Source of the DNA: Tubiluchus corallicola
Lineage: Eukaryota; Animalia; Priapulida
DNA length: 64,000 bases
Assembly (NCBI GenBank): GCA_030141605.1
Contig: JAQGDQ010000486.1
Location: 104,244-168,243, forward strand
Direction: 5' to 3'
Shown piece after piece: positions 1 through 31,900 of the stretch. The translations under genes and the position numbers were made by a program. Each line of letters starts with the position of its first letter. Positions within the stretch are counted from its first letter, which is position 1. The notes below the pieces were generated by a model. That model was not told the DNA's origin, ran no database searches, and saw only the letters and a list, made by a program, of their open reading frames with translations.

Positions 1-771
1 CTTTTGTTAGTGTGGCAGTTGGTTTGGGAAATTTGTGGAATTTGTATTCTTCCATTGCAGTATAGTGCACAAAAGCTTTGTGCTCCAATTCATAATACTG
101 AGCCATGTAAACTAAAATTACCAAAAAAAGCTCTCCTGAGACTTGTCATCTTTAACATAAAAAATGTAATGCCTTTTATACTTTCAATAATTATGTATTT
201 TTCAGAAGCTTTCAGCCTAGTTTTTACCAATTGTATGGTTCTGGGTTTTTCTTCTAATGCAGTCATTATTACTCTTTCTGTAACTTATTGTATGTCAAGT
301 CAATGGTGTTTAGCTGCTATTTTTGCTTTTAATGTTTTTGTTCTACACTGGTACATTCTATTTTAACATTTTATCTGTAATTTTCAGCTGGCTGCTATTT
401 CAGCTGATGCTCGCTTAGGTGAAAGCTTCTGGAATAATATATAATCACTGAGACTATAAAAGGCATTACATTTTTTATATTAATTTAGCATGATAGGTAA
501 ACACTAGCTAAACAGAGAAATTTTGTGGCAGCTGTAAAGTTATTGGATCATGAAACTATAGACAGCTTTTTCACACTCCTTTTCACACTTTGCTGAGTTT
601 AAAATTTTCTGGTGCTCACACGTGTTTTTCAAGATTTCTAGGGATTTCTGCCTGATGTCATTGACATTTCCGAGTTTTTCTCGACGCAAAGCTTTTATGG
701 CATGTCTGATGTCAATTTATAGCGGTTTTATGATGCTGAAGCTGTTCATATTGATGGTTCTTTTGTTTTAG

Positions 772-19013
<18,242 letters not shown>

Positions 19014-20619
19014 CTGGCGGCCGACTCTAGTGAATCTAGTTCTAGTGTAGTAGATGAGATTATTCATTGGTGGAAAAGCTGGACGGAGTTCTAGCTGCAT
19101 TTACATAATCTGACACCAGATTATCACCAAAAATTGACTCAGTCAGTTACAAAAATATTTCAAAGCTGCTAACACAAGCAAGACCAAAGAGCAATATTAA
19201 TAAATTTTGAAGCATTTCATGTAACTATAGCTAGGTTTGCTAGAGTCGGAGATATTTAACACAGTTATGAGTTGTGCATCGTAAAAGATTGTATTTTTCA
19301 ATTGGAGAAGCTTTTACATGTAAATTCGAGGTGCTACTGATATCGAGTCTGAGAAGTAACAGTTTTAACGTACAGCGGAAGCGCAATGACTTGCATTTTT
19401 ACTAGGCCACAGAATATGGTGTTACTGCTTATTATGAGGTTGCACTGCAAATAATACCTTTCAATGATATAGTTTTTAAGTCTTTTGACATGTCATTTGA
19501 GATTTTCTGGATGATTCCAGCAAATTTGTGCTTGTTGGGAACCATTTGAGCTGCTGTTTACTTGCCAAAATTCATTTTTATGTTAAATTGAGACAACTTA
19601 ATTGTATTGGGAGTGCAAACACTGTGATTAAAGCAGCAGAAATGGCTGCCATCTAGTATAGTTGTAATTTATTGAATGTCAGCTGAATTTTAGGTGCACA
19701 TATAAAGAAATTAAATTCCCCATTCAAACATTCCACATCCTTAACATTCACGGTTGTCATTTACAATTGCCCAAATAAGCTTTTCTGCATTAAAAGATCT
19801 TTATTTATTTATTACTATTTTCAGTTGTCAAATCATTCCTAATTATACATGTTGTTTCAGAAGAAACAGTACAGTAGAAATATACTGATAAGTGTTGTGC
19901 AAAAATGTACAATATGCATTATACACAATGTACAAAAACTAGGTTTTAATGTGAGAAAATTGCATTAAATATAATATGAATGTAATATTATTTATACGTC
20001 ATTGTGCAAGTTCAAGTTGATTTTGGACAAGCCAGCAAGTGTTATTCAAGGCGCCTAATTGCTTTAACTTGGCAAAATTGAGTGTGTTTTTCATAATGTT
20101 TGACGTCGCTACTATTTGTGTTTGCAAGTTAACAGCTCAGACTTGCAACAGTTATTGTAGTCTAATCTTTCACTAAATGTTTTAACACCCAACACCATTG
20201 ACTGTGATTTGACTAGCATATTTCAAATGCATTATTTCTTCTGAAACACCTTGTACATATACCGTTCATGTGCATTTTTTAGTAGTTTAACTATTAAATT
20301 GCCGGTCATCGTAGCTGTGACCATTACTTAAATTTGGAAGCCGACAATGCTTAAAACACCAAGTTATAAGCATTGCCATTTGGTCACAATACAATGCTAA
20401 TACCTACTTTACGCTTGCGTCTCTACTTAATTTCATTCTTACCATATTTGGTATCTATGTGTGAAGATCGGCAGAGAATAAAACACAATGCATGTTAATA
20501 TTTATTTAAGTATCTAACGCAGGATTATTATTTTAAGTCTAGTCATTCCGTTATCGTATGCTGTTAATTATTAAATATACAGACGTGTGTGTATGATACT
20601 TAAGTATTTGAAATGCTAT

Positions 20620-20997
20620 AATAAGCAGTTCGCGGTTCCAACGATTGACAATGATTGTGAAAAGATCCTAGGTTAAGTGTGCCAGACAACACATATGTGT
20701 ACACTTGACAACTCCTCGCAGTCCATGCTGTTGTAATAGTAAGCATTTTAACAGCTAGCTAGAGCCTTACCTAGATCATTTTTTCTTTTTCCCAAGCAAA
20801 ATCTTGCTAGTAAATTGCTTTACTCACAGACTAATACATAAATAAGTAAAGTCCACATAAAACAACTGATGATGCAGACAGCTTTGCTTTACACTCATCA
20901 CATGGCAGTTGTTGTTAAGTCGTGTTGCTGTGGTACACTTAACCTTTGACCTACAGCAACTGCACGTGGGCATTGCAAAACTGTGAAAAGGCTTATT
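20620..20997 (+). mobile_element. ~380-bp MITE-like element in the BRSK 3' UTR
   Basis: Diverged reverse complement of 23852-24232. Confidence 0.8.
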
Positions 20998-21850
20998 GTT
21001 TCTGAACTGTGAATTTATACTTAACTAAGGAACTGGTTGTAGCACTTGGATTATTTTGCTTTCCATAAATGCATGACTGAAATTTATTATAATAGCTACA
21101 ATGCAAAACAGTGATAAAATGTGAAATAAAGCTAGTCACATTATTCATAGGATAATTATATATTCATATTGTTATTATATATTTATCTGTATAGTTATAC
21201 AAAATAATGTATACTTTGCATACTGTTTTGCTAAAGTTTTTGATGAAATGCCGTTAAGTTGTCACTTAGTGTATAATAATTGCAATCACAAAATAATGTT
21301 AACAAGTTGAGTTATTTATTAGTATAATTAGTGACATGTACATTACACTGCAGATGTTGACAAGCTACATTTTTGGTTTTTTGGTGCAATTCTGAGTAAT
21401 TTACAGTCCTATTAATATTAAGTGGATGACAAACATACGCACATAGATTTCACATACACTGAATTGATGAATGCAGCGACGCCAGTATTAGTCATCAGAA
21501 ATGCAAAACTTAGATTGTCTGTCTATCTTCCTTTGTGCATGGAAATCGTCGAGAACTTGTTAAATGCACTATTTTTTGCATGATAATTGTTAATGGCGAA
21601 TTTGACTGTCTGTTTCAGTCAAACATACAATGTGATACAAACTGTTTTTGACAGTTGCTGGACATAATTTAACACAGCAAAACTTTTTGCCCATTCCTTA
21701 CATAACCTCGTTTATGGTATGGTACTTGTTACATATGTTTATTTATTCCATAAATTATTTATTATTTAAACGTTTATTTACATCACGTATTTGTAAGAGT
21801 GTAAATGAAATTCAGTATATACTATGTATTATATATACAACCATGTACTA

Positions 21851-21867
21851 AATAAATATAGAATAAA
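21851..21867 (+). terminator. Candidate BRSK polyadenylation signals (two AATAAA)
   Basis: AATAAA at 21851 and 21862 followed by GT-rich gtgttttgttt; implies a 3' UTR of about 2.85 kb. Confidence 0.5.
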
Positions 21868-22171
21868 GAATGAAGTGATGATGGAGACGTGTTTTGTTTA
21901 CTAAGTATTATCAAAGATAGTGCATATTTTTGAATTGGAAATTCAGGTTGGCACAATTAGTTATAAAATTATATTGAACTAATATATAATATTAGGCTCG
22001 GTGGTGCTAACAAACCATTGACATAGCAGTGTCTAGTTTTTTGCTGGATTTACCTGTCTTGAAGACAGATTTCTTTTATTTTAGAGTTCTACCTGTCCAG
22101 TGTTTACAATAGATGTAATGGTCATAATTATGATGATGATCATGAATTAGTTAACAGCCTTTTTTACCTTG

Positions 22172-22435
22172 TGCTGTTCTTGGCTGAATGGTCATTTGTT
22201 CTATACTAATTAACTACTGATTACATACCACTAGGTATTCTCCAAAGAAACGAACACAGGAACAGTGCAGTATCAACAAGTGTTACGTTTACCAAGTATT
22301 ATCAAAGATAGTGCACTTTGCTGAATCTGCTGTTCTTGGCTGAATGGTCATTTGTTCAACTAATTAAATACTGACTACGTACCACCGGGTATTCTCCAGA
22401 GAAACGAACAAACAGGAACAGTGCAGTATCAACAA
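22172..22435. repeat. Local direct duplication (~108 bp x2)
   Basis: tgctgttcttggctgaatggtcatttgttc...aggaacagtgcagtatcaacaa at 22172 and 22328; the spacer repeats 21896-21924. Confidence 0.9.
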
Positions 22436-22461
22436 TTCGGAGGTGCCGTCACCTCTGTTCA

Positions 22462-22467
22462 TTTATT
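22462..22467 (-). terminator. Candidate MOB2 polyadenylation signal
   Basis: AATAAA on - about 3 kb past the MOB2 stop; position inferred, other hexamers are possible. Confidence 0.35.
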
Positions 22468-23851
22468 ATACATTTTTACAACTGTCATACAGGCACAATA
22501 TCAACGTACGACATTCGACCATTAAGGAGGAACAGATGAACTGTGCATCTAACTCTGACCAAATTTTCGTAGTTCTGCATGTGAATGAAATTCAAATATG
22601 GCTCGCCTCCCTGTTCACGTCCCCTCAAAGAGACTACTACGCTGATTCTTTTACACATCAGTACCACATTCTTTTCCTGAGCAATAAGCACAATTTCTTA
22701 TTAAAATTTAACATTCCCTAGGAAAAAGTACATAGTTTCAATATCAAAGCATGGAACAAAACCATAGTGATTAAACATAAAGGAATTATCGAAACTGTGT
22801 CGCTAGAGTAGTTAACTGTACAGGATAACAGTGCCAGATATAAATATATAAATGATAAAAGGAACGCTGGATATGTAGAGAAGTCTAAAGATAATGTCTT
22901 TTAGTATTTGTCATAAATATTTGATTGCAAATACCAGCATATCATTTGCAAGTAACACAAGTCTATAACTTGTTTTTAACTTATGTTAAAAGCATTCAAC
23001 CATAGCAATAGCAATGAAAAGAACTTTCCAGATTTGTTACTATGAGAAACATTAACTGATGTGCCAAATATACGTATTTTTGCAGTGCATCTGTGTTTCT
23101 ACATAATGCTTGAATCCAATTTGCATAAATCTGCATGATTTTGTCACAGTTCAAGAGGTAATAAGGGCCAAGCCATACATTAGGCTTGATAATTTAACAA
23201 CCAACAAGACAATAAAAACTGTTCTGGCTAATATATATGCAATGTTTACCGTGAAAAGAAACTATAAATCTAAGTAGATAAATTTAATATAATAGTTTGA
23301 AACAACAATTTTTTGACATGAGATTGCGCTTCAACAACTCTGACATGTATATTATCCAATTCAAAATGTAAACAAAGGAAATTTATGGAAAAGAGTGCGT
23401 ACATAATGCATAAAACAGCAGAAGCTGTTTTAATGCCGACCAAATTAAACATTAAGCTCAGGTAGACAAGCAAATCAGCAGTGAAAATTACGGAATGTAC
23501 GTTTGATATCAACACAAACAGATTACAAAAAAAGCCACACAAAATAATACAAACTAAAGCAGCTTCCTAATTCTTTACTCGCAACACAAAGTTTAATAAG
23601 AGTGGGTGACCTACAAGCATAGAGCAAAGATTAGCTGCTGAGTCAAGTGCACCAAGTGATTATCCAACGAAACTCGTTACTTAAATTTCGCTAAATAATA
23701 CTTATAAATATAATGAACTAGTTTAATTAATTTATTGACTAGTGCCGAAATAATGCATATATATATATATAGATGTGTTAGAATAGCTGCGATTAAACAA
23801 ACTAATTTAAAGTTGTACCAGATTTGTAGTAGATAAAAAGCAAACACATGA

Positions 23852-24232
23852 AATAAGCCTTTTCACAGTTTCTCTAGTCGTACGTGCAGTTGCTGTAGGT
23901 CAAAGGCTAAGTGAACCCAAGCAACGGGTCTTAGCTACAACTGTCACGTGACATGTGGGTAAAAGCAAAACCATCTGCCACATTACTTCAGCTATTTTGT
24001 GTGGACTTTACTTAATTATACATTAGTCTGTGCACTACTAACAGGATTTACAAACAGGATCTTGCTAAAGAACATGAAAAAATGAACTAGGTAAGGTTCT
24101 AGCTAGCTGTTATAATTGTTGCTATTACAATAGCATGGGCTGCGAGGCATTGTTAAGTGTATTGTCTGCTTCATTTAACCTTTGACTTTTTCACAATCAT
24201 CATCAATCAATGGAATTGTGAAAAGGCTTGTT
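23852..24232 (-). mobile_element. ~380-bp MITE-like element in the MOB2 3' UTR
   Basis: TIR aataagccttttcacagtt / aattgtgaaaaggcttgtt; inverted homolog of 20620-20997. Confidence 0.8.
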
Positions 24233-25522
24233 GTTTTAGATGTTCACATTATCATTAACTTAACTTGCATTGCCAGTTTTCTATTTAATCGACTGCCAAT
24301 AGGCACAAACATATAGTCCAGGAAATGTTGTTTTAGTGGTACAAAACCCACTAAAATAAGCCAAAATTAACGACAGAGAAAATTATGTTGTCTTAACCAT
24401 CCACTTAAAAATATATAACTGTTATAAAAATGCCAACTTCTTGTTTTTTATCATCTCTAACATGAATGACCTGATCCTATAAAAATCATTTCCATAGTAT
24501 AAATGTAAGAAAAAGCTTCTTTAGGGTTCCAACTAAGAAATGATACTTTTAGAAGAATGATGCTTTTATTGCGTCATAACTTTGTAATTTCAAAGATATA
24601 TATCAAGTAATTTGTTTTTATTTATCTGAGGCAAATGCTATGATAAAAATAGTATTACACCTACAAGTTTTTTTAATAGATCTGCCACAATTATTTCAGC
24701 ATAATACCATTTTGCAGAATCCAAGTTGCAGTACATTTGCATCAGGCACTAGAAGTCACTTTTGAGTTTATTTTAAGAAGTTTGCAAGGCCATTATATTA
24801 TTAAATTTGCAAAGTTACAAATAAACAGGTGATGTTTTGCACCTATTGTTTGCTTTGCATTTAACTTTTTGAATGAGACTGAATTTGCTGTCAATATATG
24901 TATGTTTGCAAAATAACATCAATAAAACACAAAACTTAATCGTTTTAGGGCAAATTTGGTAAAAAATGCATCTTTTTTTACAAAAATACCCATTCAAGAA
25001 ATTGATAAGTTTTTTCTTGTCACTGGCAGACACTCATTTCTGTAAAAGCAGTTTCACCTTATTTAACGAGGATTTACTTTTAAAAGCTGGTATGTTGAAG
25101 AGCAATTTTAACTATTGTTTAGGATTTAAGAATGAATTAATAACGAAATGAAAATGAAATCCTTTTTGTACCCCCCCCCCCCAACTCCAATACATGAAGG
25201 CATTTTTAAAAGTTAAATTGTTCATTTCTATAGTTTTACTCTGTGTTAAAGCTGCTAGGCGAGAGTGCAAAAGTTGCGAATAAATTACAATAGTTGGCAA
25301 GCAGTAACAGATGTATTAGCAACAGGCTAGACTCGATCACCAAAAATACAAGTAATTGTAAACTCTTCAACATCCTTCATACCACTTCAGTAATAGACCA
25401 GCTACTATATACTAATATATTGTGGATCATTTTCCACTGGTATATACGTCTATATAATTATAGGGTCCTGCCCTCTCTATTACAGTTCATAGGCCCTGAT
25501 AGAGTATAAATCATCAAGCAGG

Positions 25523-25935
25523 TCACTGTGAACCCGAAGCAGCCAGTGGCTGCCGAAGTATGGTATCACAAGCCGGCGTTGGTTCACTTGGAATATCCTC
25601 CACAGATGAAGCCACTGCCTGCTCCTCTTCTTTTTCCATCCCCGCATCCGATGTGACGCCGTTTTCTGTAGCCGAGCAATCATCCGTAGTTTTTTGCTGC
25701 GGCGGGTTTAACAACAGCTGATGCAGATCTTGCAGAATGTCTATTTCTTTTTCTTCGATGAGACGAAATTGCTGATTGAACAGCATAAAATGTAGAAAGA
25801 CGAAGTTGAGATACATGTGTAACGTCAATAGCACAATCTCTTTAAAGTGCGCGTGATAAATGTGCGCTATAACGTGGAACAGTAGCCGATGGATCTTTTT
25901 CACGATCGATTCGAACGACGATGGAAAGTGATTTC
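25523..25935 (-). CDS. MOB2: MOB2 last exon: GNHFPSSFESIVKKIHRLLFHVIAHIYHAHF...SGSQ*
   Basis: MOB C-terminal helix with zinc-binding His residues; ttcag acceptor. Confidence 0.95.
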
Positions 25936-28900
25936 CTGAAATTGACCAATGAGAAAGATCGTTAAATGGCAAAATTACAGTTTAAGAGTTTTTTGGTAAT
26001 TTAATCAGTACTTCGTTACTGAAATTAAGTCTGACGCAACTTTGCACTCTTGGCATTAGAAATACGTCTAAAGGAGAACCACAGCACCCAAAAATCTCAC
26101 CGCAACTTTGCTAATATATTCAATAGGTGAACCTTAATTATAGATTTACTGAGGTATGCACCCAAGGGGGAAAAAGCCCCCCCCCCCCCCATAATCATCA
26201 TCTCAAATACAGCTACTGTAAGACACTGCAGCTCACAATTGATCAAACGATGCTAATTAAAGTTAAATAGAAAGGTACTATGATTTAGAATTTAATCAAA
26301 AGTAATTGCCATTCATCTAATGTGATGACTAATCATAATAACTGGGCTTCAAAGAGGTTACAGCAAAATTCTGATAAATTGTTTCGAAAAACAAAAAAAT
26401 ATTAGTAAGTCGGATAGCATTTTGGAAAACCCAAAGCAATGTGTATTGCTTGGAAAACACTCAACGACAAGACAGCACTTGCAGTAACATGACTCACATC
26501 ATCGTATAATTTTACAATGGAGATGGAAATAAAAGTCTCACAATTGCATAGCAGAAATGGCTGGCAAGTCAGAACATCTACTTGCAAATTTTTACAACTA
26601 ACAAACACACTTGCAAATTTTTAAAACTAGCAAACGCTTGCTTACGCACGACAAAGAAAAGGTATTTAAATAATTACTTTGGTTTTGCTGAGTTTTGAAA
26701 ATTCTAAACCTAATTTATGCAAAGTTTACATGTCTCACTATCAAGTGAGGCAAAGAAAAGGCATTTCAATAATTACTTCGGTTTTGCTGAGCTTTGAAAA
26801 TTCTAAACCTAATTTATGCAAAGTTTACATGTCTCACTATCACAGCATTTTCCAAGGAAAGAAGCTAATTTGTAAAGCCCACACATACTAGTGGTATTTC
26901 AGGGAATAAAAAATATACCATTTGAACAACCAAAGTAAATACACTAAGAAAACAGAATGTAATAAACGCCTCCAGTTTTTTGTTGTTTTACAACCACTCA
27001 AACTGATTACAATACAAGTCGTAAGGAAGTTGTGCTTACCATATTTAGTAGGAAAAACAGATTCATCATTTATTGTCTTTTGTATAAAAGTCGTCACATA
27101 ATCAACGTACTGCGGTGCAGCACACTTGCACTTTTTACCTTTGTCATCGAACCATAGAAACTGCCTACAAATTTAAAAAAGTAACAAGGAACGTAAGAAA
27201 ATCATAGACTTATAATATCAACACAACAATACTTTGTTAATAGTAAACTGCCGTGCAAAATAGAGGTTAAGAACTGAAAAATTAGCAAAGCTAAAACTAA
27301 CAAGCAATTGTATACTCACGCATTCTGCGGTCCCTTCATTTCTGGACATGTCGTTAGCGTACATGACTCTGATAGCGTTCCATATATTAGATTTATGTGT
27401 TGAAAGAAAGCTATAGCTAAACAAAAAACAAAACGATCAGCTGTTAGTTATATAAAACATACTTTGAATATAAATGTACCACTAAGGCCAAAAAACATTG
27501 TTTACGACAGCTCAGGTCGCACATTTTGTTGAAGAGTTTGACCTTTCTCAAGTGACTGGCACAGGCATATACACATACAACGTGGAAAAGCAAAGGTTAC
27601 AACAATCACATCTCTGCCAAGACTGCCATCCACAACTTTTGATCTTTAGAAAGGCCTTGACAGTGTAGACAAAGGTCATTCACCTTGTCAAAATGATGGT
27701 GACAGTTCTAAGCTGCAAATAAATCACCCTTGGCACATAGCAATGTATAGGACCGTAAACAGCCACACAATTGTTTAACATCTGCTGCAAACTACATTCA
27801 TAAGTACTTTTAAAGTGTGCTGCAATTATGTGATCAAAAACTTGTGTCAAAATTACTTAGAAAGGACAACCAGGACAAGGGTAGCTATTACCAGGCTACA
27901 GAGTATCAGTGACATGCACACCTAAATACAAAGCCCAGCTCAGTGCACTTGATGTACACATGAAATTCATGTACACAAACAACTAACAGCATCGCATGGA
28001 CAGTTTTTTAACCTGTGTTTGGAACACCTAACTACGTTAAGGACCATTCAGTCGATCAGTTTTTTTCGTCAAACTTGTTTGTCAGTTTTAGTTAGTCAAA
28101 TTAGTTTGATCGTGTAAATAGCAAAACGGACAAACTTTTTCTGTTACTGAAAACAATGTGTAATACGTTTGAGCTATAAAACGAATCTTAGTGGACATTT
28201 AATTTGAGAATGCTGAACCTTAAACTACATGAGGTATATATACACATATATATATATGTATATGTTTGTATATAATATGAAATTTAACAAATACATCCCA
28301 AAAAACAGTATACTTGTTAGAATTAAGATACCACATGCTAAAGTCCAGATTATTACTGCCCGCATGTTATTTCGATAAACCCGCACGCTTGGTCGAAGAA
28401 TCAGCGGTATCATTTTTAAAGTATGACTCAGTTGGGAGTTGAATCTATGACCTCCAAGGTAGGAAGCGAGCACGCTACCATTGAGCTATGCCACCAGATT
28501 AGTGACAGTGTGTAGCTTTCACAGTGCAATTTAAGTAAATGGTTTGTTACCCAGTTCAACAAACTCTTTGAGACCTCTCAGATGGGCTGCATGTTTTAAT
28601 AGAATAAGCGAACACAAACCAAGCTTCAAGTCCCATAAGTGTTTCCAAGTTGAAACAGAAAAACAGATCATGTAAATGCAAAAAAGATAAATGTAGAGAA
28701 TGAAAAATAGGAAACAAAATGTAGTTCCACAATGGCAGGAATAACGGGAATAGACTACACTAAACTGACTCACTGTTGGTGGCTAGCCATTCGTTGTGAT
28801 CGAGTCCACATGGTATGTTGACTAGTTTGTTGAGATCAACCTCGCAAAATCGTCCCTGTATAAGAGCATCTTCTAAATACGGCTTAGCCTCCTCTGGACT

Positions 28901-31900
28901 TTGCTTCTCTTCCTGGGCTTTTCGTCGAGTTTTCCTGAAAAGAGAAAATATGATCAAAGTTAGTTTTTATTCAAGATGTTTACACTCGAGCAAAGATATT
29001 ATAAGCATAAGTAGAAAACTAAGAGTAAGCGTGAATAAGGTGATAACATTCCACACTTATCAGCATGATACTGCTATTAAGCATTACTTGAATGAAATGA
29101 AATGAAATATATTTTCGGCAATCGGGTTTAGTATGACAGATGTTAAAGCGAATTTTAAAAATTTGTATAAAGTGATCCAAAGTGGTTCTTTACGTGAAAT
29201 AGCAGATGATACTACTGAACATCTTTTTGAATGTAAAGCTGTGCATGTCAACAAATTGGGCCTAACAGCACAAGAGATGCAATAGAGATAAATTACAAAT
29301 GATTACGATGTATGCGAATGAGCAGTTGAAACTAAAAATATAATCAAAGACAAGTGAACAGTAAAGGCAAAGTGACGTAAAAGATATATGGTGCGATTCG
29401 TAAAACAAGTTGATCATGTCGTTCATCTCGCAAATAGACACTTTTAGTGATATCTGTTTGCTCGCTACTGGTGAAGGGATCAAGTGCATCCTCGGTATTA
29501 TTATAGGCTTTTCGGGCAGCCTATGTATCTACCACAGACCCACGCACAACAATTCCGGGTTAAAGTCTCTGTATATTAAGTTTAACAAAAAAGGCGTTGC
29601 AAAAATAGTACATTAAACTTCTAGAAAAAAACCTTCGATAATTCAAATTTTGACTTCCGACCTCTGGGTAGCAGACAATTCTCCTGCACTCCCTTAACAC
29701 TTTCCTTTATTCATAATTTATCCTGATTAATTATTAATTATAGCAATTATAGTTTAGCGTAAATGAGGAGAGAAATAAAACTGTCTTATGTCCATGTCTA
29801 TGTCGTCATCAAAGCCAAGTGTTCACAGAAGAACATTAGCCACCGCAAGTCACAATATGAACAGCGCCTGACAACGTAACAATTAAAAAGACTTCATCAC
29901 CTTGCATTCATTAAAAACTCAAGGATATTCTACACACGAAAATTTTACAATTTTTCCACAGAACAATTGTTAAAGATTTCAATTTCAAATCGGATATAAT
30001 TTGTCGACAACATACTGAATGAAAACATGAGATGTTTTCTGAAGCTTCATCGATGCTTAATTACACAACAAAATTACACAACCCACCGAGTAAAAATATG
30101 TGTTTCATTGATTACAAAAACTCCACGTATACAATAATTACTGTGGAATGAAATCAATTAAGATTGGAATTAATCATAGAATTACTACTATTATGTTACT
30201 ACCAATACGTTTAATACTACTAATATGTTTGAAAAAAACTTAGCCACATCAAAATAACCTGAAAATGTCAAAAACGAATTTGCATGTCAGTAAGGTTATA
30301 ACTTCAGCAGCTCAAACTCTAAACTTCAGAATTTTCTGTGAACTGTATACTAAGGTTTGCATAAGCTGTCCAAATAAAACACACACCTTTATTTAGACTT
30401 TGACAAGATCGTTACAACACCTTGACTTTTACCAGCCAAACTATAAACATATATATATAGGCCGACAAATTTAAATTTTTTATGAACAAATACGAATAGT
30501 CAAAGTACAGGCAGGTACAAACAGAGCTGCTTGTTTTACCTGTGGGATTGACAAACTGAAATTGCCTACAAACAACCAAGGACGATGAAGGACGCTCCCA
30601 TATAATAGAGGTACTTCATGTTATAATCAATATCTCAAAGAAACTAAAGTTATTTTTGAAAGCAATCAAGCCAGACCTAGTAATATTTGTTGCCTCTTTT
30701 GATGACTTAAAATCTCAGTGCAGAGAACTGCAGCAGTTTGCTTGAACAGTGATTAGTGGTCGTGAATGTTGACGTCATTCTACATTAATTGAGCTCACAT
30801 AAACCTCGCATGATTAACGATTCAAGTAGGCGGAAACCTTTTCATGTGAAGATTAATTTTACAGAGAGAACGCCCAAAAATCTTTGTGACTACCCAAATA
30901 ATCTCTTTGACGATAATTTCCATCCTCTAAATCATCCAGCAGTTGACACAGTTTGATCGATTTACCATATCAGCTAAGTTGGGTAATTTAATAAAACCGA
31001 AAGAGACTATATTAAAAAGCTTGCTCCAATGATGCTTTTTAGTTCACATTCTTTAAAAAACTTGATGAGCGTTAGAATTTAAAAGGTGCCCGCTACTATG
31101 AACGAATCCAGATAAAAAAGTCACAGAAACAAGTCACAGGAAAAAAGGTACGGAAAAAAGAAATAGCCTAACCCTAGTCTTTTCCTGTGACTTTTTTCTT
31201 TGATTTTTTCACATGTGACGTTTTTTCCTGTGACTTTATTACCGGCCACCACTAAGCTGCATTAAAGCGTTTCATGGTCTATATTGGACATTAGTTTGTA
31301 TCCTTGAAAACATGAGGGATACATGATGAGTTACATGGCGTTCTCTAATTTGCGTCTTTAATGACGCCCAACCAGTTTTTGTGGCCTCAACTTTTATATA
31401 ATTACTCTAGCACAAGTAGTGCAACGTTATGCAATAATAAAAGTCCTTGATTGAATCAAGTCTATTCATGTACGTCCCACTCAAAAACAAATTGTTCTCT
31501 GACATGTTTAAAAAATGTTGATTCTACACAACAAAAAATAAGCAAGCTCACGATAAAGTAGATTAAGAGCATGAAAGTGGCATTTATACTTGGTTACTAT
31601 CCACTGTCTTAACATAAAATCTGCAAACGTAGCCATAAATACGTTCTGAGTAAATATCAGTCGGAAGCCGAGGTACGCTGAAAAGAGGGCGGTGGAGAAA
31701 AGAGTTGAAGTGCTATCATGACAGAAAACGAGTAACCTTGTCTCACCTTCTTTTCAACTTTTATGAAAGATTTGCAGTTTCTTCGAGTACGAAATGAGTT
31801 AAACATGTTCTACTGTACAGACAACAAGCAAATTAAAACCCGTATAAATATAATAAAATGGTTTTACAACGAACCATGGTGGCCTTACAGTCAGTGGGCG

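Noticed and set aside
4-366. 120-aa hydrophobic ORF
   Set aside because: T-rich intronic sequence with a TTG start and no recognisable motif.
28395-28495. Functional tRNA gene (also tRNA-like boxes near 12260-12310, 38745-38808, 40450-40505 and 62925-62985)
   Set aside because: A/B-box-like motifs are present but the stems do not form a cloverleaf, so these are better explained as SINE heads.
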